A stretch of 64,000 bases of DNA from Lachnospiraceae bacterium (GTDB lineage Bacteria > Bacillota > Clostridia > Lachnospirales > Lachnospiraceae): NCBI GenBank assembly GCA_009777715.1, contig WRLH01000017.1:2191-66190 (forward strand), in the 5' to 3' direction. The notes below the pieces were generated by a model, which searched no databases, was not told where the DNA came from, and saw nothing but the letters and a program-made list of their open reading frames with translations. Numbering within the stretch: position 1 is the stretch's first letter; the number at the start of each line of letters is the position of its first letter. The translations under genes and the position numbers were made by a program. Of this stretch, positions 35,722 to 42,310 are shown one piece after another.

Positions 35722-37721
35722 TCCTCAATCTCCCATAAATAAGCGGCCGACACATACGCGGTCGGTATACTGCTAGTATAATTAATCGCTGCCCAGCCAT
35801 TGCTTATCCCGGTCACCCTGACGATGTCCCCGGCGCGTAAAGTGCCGACAACCCTGCCATTCATGCCCGGCGCGTTCCGGACAAACAAGCGCGAAGCCGG
35901 GCTTATGTTAACAGCATATGCCGTCACCTGACCAAGGCTTACTTCTGTTTCCAAAGGCCTGACAGGTCCGCTAAGATGGTTAAGGTACATGACTGCCAGC
36001 CATGTCCCGGTATGGGCAAGCACCCACTCGCCATCAGGGCTAAATTCGATTATCTCAACAACCGTCCCCCTTGCCAATCTGCCGACCAGCGGGAAATGAG
36101 TTCCCGGCCCGCTTCTTTCATTTAAAAAATTCGCATTGACAGTATATAAAGACTTGGCTGGCGTTGGTGGCTCTGGCTTTTTACTCACTTCCTGCGTAAC
36201 TATTATATTTGCCACGTTTGACCGATACCGCACCGCTCCGCCAATCAAACTGCCCGATCCGCGGAAACCGTTTGTCCAGCTCTCTATCACGCCGTGATTC
36301 CTGACCGTGCCGCCATTATAAAGTGTTACTCCGTTGGGGATGTTAAGGACCGAAGTCCCCGGTATATTAAGCGTATAACCCTCCGCAATGATCAAATTTT
36401 CACTTAGCGTCACATTGCCATAAACCGTTGCCTTATCATCTTCAAACAAGATTCCCCGTGAACCGGGGGCGGCAATTAATGGGGAAAATATATCAAATGA
36501 AGAAAGATCAGAAAGTACCGCTGATGACGCATATATCATCAGGTTGTCTTTTATGATCAGGCTTCCTGCTGTCACAATGCCGCCCGTTTGATCACTGCCT
36601 GCTCCGCCTGTGATCTGCCCCACCGGGCCGTTTCCGGAGAATGTAATAATGCTTGCAGCTCCACCACTTGTAACAATCCCTCTTTCGCCGCCGCTAATTG
36701 CCCCTGTCGTACCCGAAATAGTGATGTTCCGGCCGGTAATTCCGCTCGATTCGGTTCCGCTAACCGACCAGGCTTCGCAAAAATTGACAACACCCCCCCC
36801 CGCCAATGCCCAAATTCCATTGCCACCGCCGGAAATGTTTCCGATCGTGCCGCCAATTGTGACGTTCATGGCCAAAATGCCGTTAATTGTAGCGGAAATG
36901 CTTTCTACTTCCCCGCCAATGGTGATATTGCCGTTATTAGCCCAAATGCCATGGGCAGGAGGGCCTAAGTCGAAAATGGTAATGCCGCTTATCGCCCCGG
37001 TTGATCCTAAGATGGTGACATTACCAAGATAGGCTTCAATTGCACTCGCTATCCCCGAAATATTCCCCGTCCTGCCCTCAATGGTAACGCTTTGATTGGC
37101 TAAAATTCCGTTTCTATCCGTCCCGGTAATATTGCCAACGTCTCCGGAGATAATAATATTGCCGGCCGCCGACCTAATGCCAGTATTACCGCTAATAGCC
37201 AAAACCGTGCCGGAGATTATGATATCGTTAACCGCGTAAATACCGGTGCCGCCTGTTGCGCCTGTTGCTGAAATACTGCCGATGCTTCCATCGATTGTCA
37301 CATTCCCAAAAGCCTCAAGTCCGCTCATGGATAATTTTGACTCAATAACAATATCCTCACCTTGGCCGCGGATAATGGCGTCTTCATACAGGACTAGCGC
37401 AGGATAATTAACCTCGCTGGTAATCTTCGTGCCCGGGGAAAGGGTAATGTCTTTGGCGTGCGTAACTACGACCGGGCGGCCGCCACTATCGCCGGCAAGG
37501 AGAATTGCGTCCGGGGTAGCTATCATGATGATATTTCCCCCGGCACCAGAATCTCCGTGGATAAAAAAGCCTTCGCCAACATAACCGTCCGGCAAAGCCG
37601 CCAGTGCCGTCAGGTCAAACACAGTGGGCATGGGTGCCGGACTGGCGTATGCCGCTTTTGGGATTAGTAAGGCAAACGCTAGGGCTAGCAATGCCAATAA
37701 TGGGTAAAATCGTTTCTTCAT
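35697..37721 (-). CDS. Secreted beta-helix-repeat protein with two C-terminal SH3b domains (paralogue P1)
   Basis: 674 aa. Has a signal peptide (...AAYA/SPAP) and roughly 20-residue periodic G.I.I.G..G.I.G...GI repeats. A PEPPTPAK linker is followed by two SH3b-like modules (YTVNANFLNERSGPG...; VNISPASRLFVRNAPGMNG...). Confidence 0.7.
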   Translation of the reverse strand: MKKRFYPLLALLALAFALLIPKAAYASPAPMPTVFDLTALAALPDGYVGEGFFIHGDSGAGGNIIMIATPDAILLAGDSGGRPVVVTHAKDITLSPGTKITSEVNYPALVLYEDAIIRGQGEDIVIESKLSMSGLEAFGNVTIDGSIGSISATGATGGTGIYAVNDIIISGTVLAISGNTGIRSAAGNIIISGDVGNITGTDRNGILANQSVTIEGRTGNISGIASAIEAYLGNVTILGSTGAISGITIFDLGPPAHGIWANNGNITIGGEVESISATINGILAMNVTIGGTIGNISGGGNGIWALAGGGVVNFCEAWSVSGTESSGITGRNITISGTTGAISGGERGIVTSGGAASIITFSGNGPVGQITGGAGSDQTGGIVTAGSLIIKDNLMIYASSAVLSDLSSFDIFSPLIAAPGSRGILFEDDKATVYGNVTLSENLIIAEGYTLNIPGTSVLNIPNGVTLYNGGTVRNHGVIESWTNGFRGSGSLIGGAVRYRSNVANIIVTQEVSKKPEPPTPAKSLYTVNANFLNERSGPGTHFPLVGRLARGTVVEIIEFSPDGEWVLAHTGTWLAVMYLNHLSGPVRPLETEVSLGQVTAYAVNISPASRLFVRNAPGMNGRVVGTLRAGDIVRVTGISNGWAAINYTSSIPTAYVSAAYLWEIEEIAARRPQ

Positions 37722-37742
37722 AAAATCTCCTATGGGTTTATA

Positions 37743-37820
37743 GATTGCGGGTCAAGCCCGCAATGACGTAAAAGGGTCAAGCACGTAAAATAAGGTCATT
37801 GCGGCCTCCGAGCCGCAATC
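37743..37820. repeat. REP pair: REP(+) 37743-37767 and REP(-) 37795-37820, between P1 and P2
   Basis: Same arrangement and flanks (TCTCCTATG.GTTTATAGATTGCGGG) as the cluster at 35592-35721. Confidence 0.9.
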
Positions 37821-37827
37821 TTGAAAT

Positions 37828-40158
37828 CTAATTCTGCCGCAAATACTGCGCCGACACATAAGCGGTCGGTATGCCGCTGGTATAATTAATCGTCGCCCAG
37901 CCATTGCTTAACCCGGTCACCCTGACAATGTCCCCGGCGCGTAAAGTGCCGACTATCCGTCCGTTCATGCCCGGCGCGTTCCGGACAAACAGGCGCGAGG
38001 CCGGGCTTATATTAACGGCATATGCCATTACGCGGCCTGGGCTTGCTTCTGTTTCTAATGGCCTGACAGGGCCGCTAAGATGGTTAAGGTACATTAATGA
38101 CAGCCACGTCCCGGTATGGGCAAGCACCCAATCGCCATCAGGGCTAAATTCGATTATCTCTACAACCGTCCCCCTTGCCAATCTGCCGACTAGTGGGAAA
38201 TGAGTCCCCGGCCCGCTTCTTTCATTTAAAAAAGTAGCATTGACTGTATATAGAGACTTGGCTGGCGTTGGTGGATCTGGCTGTTCAGCCACTTCTGCTT
38301 GGGCTGCTGTATTTGGCACATTTGACCGATAACGCACTGGTGTGCCAATCAAAGTGCCGCTTCCACCAAAACCGCCGATCCGGCTTTCGATCACGCCATG
38401 ATTAATAATCGTCCCATTATTCGTTAATGTAATCCAGTTGGGAATCGTTAAAACGCTTCCTTGCGGTATGGTCAGCGTCTGGTATTCCCCAATCGTTAGG
38501 CTGTGCTTTAGCGTCACATTGCCGTAGACTGTGCATTCGTTATGGCTAAGCAAGATCCCTTGTGAACCAGGGGCCGGAAAGCTAGGGACTTCGCCGCTTA
38601 TTGAAGAGTCCCATGTCCAAACTGACGACGCATAAACAACGCGGCTGTCTTTTAGCACGAGGTCTCCGTACACGCTATAAATGCCGCCATCCCCCCCCCC
38701 GATCTGCCCGGTCGTGCCGTTTCCGGAAATGATGACATCGCCAGAACGTACGGCAATGCCTTTGCCGTCAGTTCCGCCATTTATCGCGCCGGTTGTCCCA
38801 GAGATAAGGACCCCGCCACTGTCTGAATTAATGCCGCCCAGGCCGCCATAAATGCTCCCCGTCGTCCCGGAAATAGTGACTCCAAGAGTTGCAACAAGGC
38901 CTCCACCGGAATCTCCGCCGCTAATCGCGCCGGTAGTCCCGGAGATTGTAATATCCCCCGCTCCTGCGCGGATGCCGTTAATTGTTCCTTGTATTCTCTC
39001 TGTCCTGCCAGCGATGGTGACATCTCCTGATTGTGTAATAATTCCATTAAAGGCACCGTAAATGTTCCCGGTCTGGCCCAGGATGGTGATATTGCCGTTA
39101 TTAGCTATAATGCCGCTCCCGCTGGGGCCCATGCCGCCAATATCGCCGAACGTCCCGGTTAGCGTAACGCCATTTACTGCGCCGATGGCGTGATTTCCAT
39201 GGCCGTAGATGTTAACGTCGCTGCCATCACCCCTTACAACTGCTTCGTGGTTAAGCCTTAGGGCCGGTTCAGTCGTCGAATCGCTCATAATCTTTGTCCC
39301 GGCCGCCAAGGTTATGTCTGTCGCATAAGTAATGACGACCGAGCGGCCGCCGCTATCGCCGGTCAGGATAATCGGCACGTTGTTTTCGGTAATGATAATG
39401 TTATTAAGGCTAATCATCCAGCTTGGGCCGGCAGCATTGTCAGGCGCAGCTGACAGTTCATCAAGGTCAAAAGTCATCGGGGGAGCGGCTGTCCATGTCG
39501 CCGTATACCACCGATGGCCAAAGGATCCAACCGGGATATGGACGCTCATCGTTGGTTCTGAAAGCCCTGTCCCCGTCCAGCCGGCAAAGGTAAAGTTTTG
39601 CTTGGTCGGGTTATTTAAGGTAATCGACTGATGATCCATAAAGCTTCCATAAATCGAAAACTGGACTGGGTTAGGGGTTAATGGGTTGACTGTCCCGCCG
39701 TCAAGGTCATAGAATATATCGTAAAGCACAGCACCCCACTCCGCTTGGACCGATATGTCGGAAGTAACAACGGTGTCAGCATCAAACGGCTCGATGCCTG
39801 TACCCGGATTATATAACCAGCCGTGGAAATAAAAACCGTCTCGCTCCGGGTCAGCCGGAAACCTCGTCCCTACTGTCTCGCCGTCAGCTACCGAGATGAC
39901 GATATTACCCGGATTAGGGGTGTAACCGTGGAAAAAAGTGACCGTGTGAGTGCCGGAGGCCCAGACGTTAAGCGTAAATGCCAGCATTAGCGTTAGCGTC
40001 AGAGCCAGTGTCAGCACCAGCCTCACCAGCACTGCACCAGCGTTAGCGTTAGCACTGGCGTTAGGGCCTGCGTTAGCACTGGCGTTAGCCCCTGCGTTAG
40101 CACTGGCGTTAGGGCTAAAGATTTTAGGATTTGGGGGGAAATTTGCTTTTGGTTTCAT
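37828..40158 (-). CDS. Secreted protein: low-complexity N-terminus, two Listeria-Bacteroides-type repeats, beta-helix repeats, two C-terminal SH3b domains (paralogue P2)
   Basis: 776 aa. HTVTFF...DGFYFHGW... and YDIFYDLDGG...FTFAGWTG resemble Flg_new-type repeats. The passenger and C-terminal modules are homologous to P1 and P3. Confidence 0.7.
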   Translation of the reverse strand: MKPKANFPPNPKIFSPNASANAGANASANAGPNASANANAGAVLVRLVLTLALTLTLMLAFTLNVWASGTHTVTFFHGYTPNPGNIVISVADGETVGTRFPADPERDGFYFHGWLYNPGTGIEPFDADTVVTSDISVQAEWGAVLYDIFYDLDGGTVNPLTPNPVQFSIYGSFMDHQSITLNNPTKQNFTFAGWTGTGLSEPTMSVHIPVGSFGHRWYTATWTAAPPMTFDLDELSAAPDNAAGPSWMISLNNIIITENNVPIILTGDSGGRSVVITYATDITLAAGTKIMSDSTTEPALRLNHEAVVRGDGSDVNIYGHGNHAIGAVNGVTLTGTFGDIGGMGPSGSGIIANNGNITILGQTGNIYGAFNGIITQSGDVTIAGRTERIQGTINGIRAGAGDITISGTTGAISGGDSGGGLVATLGVTISGTTGSIYGGLGGINSDSGGVLISGTTGAINGGTDGKGIAVRSGDVIISGNGTTGQIGGGDGGIYSVYGDLVLKDSRVVYASSVWTWDSSISGEVPSFPAPGSQGILLSHNECTVYGNVTLKHSLTIGEYQTLTIPQGSVLTIPNWITLTNNGTIINHGVIESRIGGFGGSGTLIGTPVRYRSNVPNTAAQAEVAEQPDPPTPAKSLYTVNATFLNERSGPGTHFPLVGRLARGTVVEIIEFSPDGDWVLAHTGTWLSLMYLNHLSGPVRPLETEASPGRVMAYAVNISPASRLFVRNAPGMNGRIVGTLRAGDIVRVTGLSNGWATINYTSGIPTAYVSAQYLRQN

Positions 40159-40275
40159 TTTTCTCCTTTTTTATATGTTTGGCAAAATAAAGGCTTTCAA
40201 CTTAAGCATTTATCTGCTATACTATTAATGATACCACAATCTCCCCTCATCAGCAAACCAAATCAAGGAGCAATT

Positions 40276-40752
40276 ATGAAAAATATCAAAGACAAAGGCA
40301 CAATTTTAATCGGCTTACTCGAAAAATACTCAAAATTCTTCGAAGTGGCAATTGCATTTTTGCTGCTGGCAGTCATCACCATCAAGCTCGTTGACGTTTT
40401 CCTTGTCCTAATCGATGTGGACATCGCGATTATGAACATGGAGTTTGAAAGCGTCCTCACTTTGGTCTTTAACTTGGTCATCGGCATTGAGTTCACCAAA
40501 ATGCTGATCAAACATACACCCGAAACCGTCCTTGACGTCCTTTTATTCGTCATCGCCCGGCAGATGGTCGTCCACGGCGAGGGCAACTTCAATATCCTGC
40601 TTGGCGTTATCGCTATTATCGGCATTTTTGCCACCAAAAAATACCTCGTTGACGCGAAAAAATACCGTGATGATGAACTCGTGCTTGAGGAAGCTTCTTT
40701 AGCCCCGCATGAAACGCTTGAGGGGGAGGGTGGCGCAAAGGATGGTAAATAA
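40276..40752 (+). CDS. PsiE-like (phosphate-starvation-inducible E family) membrane protein
   Basis: ATG 40276 (MKNIKDKG) lies 5 nt after AAGGAGC. Four hydrophobic helices with IGIEFTKMLIKH...LLFVIARQMVV resemble PsiE. The track start at 40228 is unlikely. Confidence 0.55.
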   Translation: MKNIKDKGTILIGLLEKYSKFFEVAIAFLLLAVITIKLVDVFLVLIDVDIAIMNMEFESVLTLVFNLVIGIEFTKMLIKHTPETVLDVLLFVIARQMVVHGEGNFNILLGVIAIIGIFATKKYLVDAKKYRDDELVLEEASLAPHETLEGEGGAKDGK

Positions 40753-42306
40753 TTATTTTTCTATTATTTTCCAGGACCCGGTTTTATTAGACCCAATTCT
40801 TAATAGAATGCCATCCTGCTTCAATGCTTTTGTCTCACGCTCAATTGTTCTTGAGGACAAACCTGTTGCTTCTGCCAGTTGCTTCTTTGACATACTGGGG
40901 TTTTTCTCCAGCAGACCGATAATTAACTTGTGCCGATTTATACCGCCATTTATACCGCCATTTATACCGCCATTTATACCGCCATTTATACCGCCATTTA
41001 TACCGCCATTTATACCGCCATTTATATCATCATCTATTTCCTTACTGACATTAAACGCCTCATGTGCATAAATCGTTGCTATGAAATAATGACGGTCTTC
41101 ATCTGTTTCAAACTCCGGAGTCGGTGAACCGTTAATTTTTAAAGCTCGCAAAATCTTTGTAACGCCTGTTGATTTCTTTTCTGATAAATCTATTTCCTTA
41201 AAAAATTCACCTATGCGCCGATTGCGGTAACGTCTTGAAACAGCAAGTCCATTACTAAACTTTACCATATCAATGTGCTTCTCCGGGCCGGGATGATTGA
41301 TGACCATGATACGATTTAAGTAAATGCGAATTTCGACCGGCTCGTAAATACTATAGGATTTATGAAAAACTGCATTTACCAAAACTTCTTCCAATGCGTC
41401 ATATGGATAATTGAAAAATCGGTCTGCTTCAGCACGGTCACGATGCTTTACTACTTTTTCTTCGATTACGTTTGTCTTAATATACGAAAGAGCGTCGCGT
41501 ACCTGCTTATGTATCGGCCCTTTGAATATCTTTTCAACAAAATCATCAGATCCTTCGGCTTCTGGCGAGTTAAACCGTATCAGTTCAATTTGTGAGCATG
41601 GATGGAATTTTTCTGGCTTGTCCGAAAACATAAGTAAGCCAATGTTTCGGATATCGTATCCTGTATCGGTTACATTCGCTACTTCAAGGGCCGTAAGAAT
41701 GTCGCCTAGAGGCCTCTTGTCAATTTCACTGGCAAGTGAGCTGTTGCTCTCAACTAGATAATCCTCAAGATAAGCTCGGCGAATATCAGTGATTTTCGCT
41801 TCACGATTGACACGGTCATCTAATGGCACTGAAGTAAATTTCATAAAAAGTTCGTTAAGATCATCTCGTCTGGCAATAGTTTTTACTGATGACGGCTTAA
41901 TCCAAAACACTTTATTTGATTTGGTTTTTGCATAAATATCTTCGGGAGCTGAATATGGGCCGGCATCGCCACCTGAACACCAAAGATATAATAAGCATTT
42001 TTCCTGATAACGTATTATCTCAGATTTCGGAATATAGCGTGGTTCAATGAAATTGCAAAACCTAAATAACTCTTGCTGGATTTTATCTAATTCATTTTCA
42101 TCAACTCCGATGGGTGGTAAAATAGGGCGGCCATTCTTCTCTTCTATGCCAATGACGACATAACCGCCATTCGTATTCGAAAAATCATTAGCATATGCAC
42201 AAATGGTGGTAATAATCTCAGATGGATTCCAGCCACGTTTGTATTCCACGCGGTCATTTTCGACTATGCGGCCTTCTAATAGGGTTTCTAATTTTAGGGG
42301 AATCAT
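40753..42306 (-). CDS. AlbA_2 (Schlafen-like) / HATPase_c_4 / C-terminal winged-HTH protein (putative ATP-binding transcriptional regulator)
   Basis: The N-terminus LLEGRIVENDRVEYKRGWNP is the AlbA_2 hallmark, and the central VLVNAVFHKSY...INHPG matches HATPase_c_4. The C-terminal LLEKNPSMSKKQLAEATGLSSRTIERETKAL is an HTH. ATG 42306 lies 4 nt after the P3 stop, with AAGGTG upstream. Confidence 0.75.
   Translation of the reverse strand: MIPLKLETLLEGRIVENDRVEYKRGWNPSEIITTICAYANDFSNTNGGYVVIGIEEKNGRPILPPIGVDENELDKIQQELFRFCNFIEPRYIPKSEIIRYQEKCLLYLWCSGGDAGPYSAPEDIYAKTKSNKVFWIKPSSVKTIARRDDLNELFMKFTSVPLDDRVNREAKITDIRRAYLEDYLVESNSSLASEIDKRPLGDILTALEVANVTDTGYDIRNIGLLMFSDKPEKFHPCSQIELIRFNSPEAEGSDDFVEKIFKGPIHKQVRDALSYIKTNVIEEKVVKHRDRAEADRFFNYPYDALEEVLVNAVFHKSYSIYEPVEIRIYLNRIMVINHPGPEKHIDMVKFSNGLAVSRRYRNRRIGEFFKEIDLSEKKSTGVTKILRALKINGSPTPEFETDEDRHYFIATIYAHEAFNVSKEIDDDINGGINGGINGGINGGINGGINGGINGGINRHKLIIGLLEKNPSMSKKQLAEATGLSSRTIERETKALKQDGILLRIGSNKTGSWKIIEK
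40931..41026 (-). repeat. In-frame 12-bp tandem repeat x7 (+1 degenerate) CCGCCATTTATA encoding (GGIN)7
   Basis: Seven perfect units at 40943-41026, preceded by TGCCGATTTATA. It sits in the linker before the C-terminal HTH. Confidence 0.92.
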
Positions 42307-42310
42307 ATTG

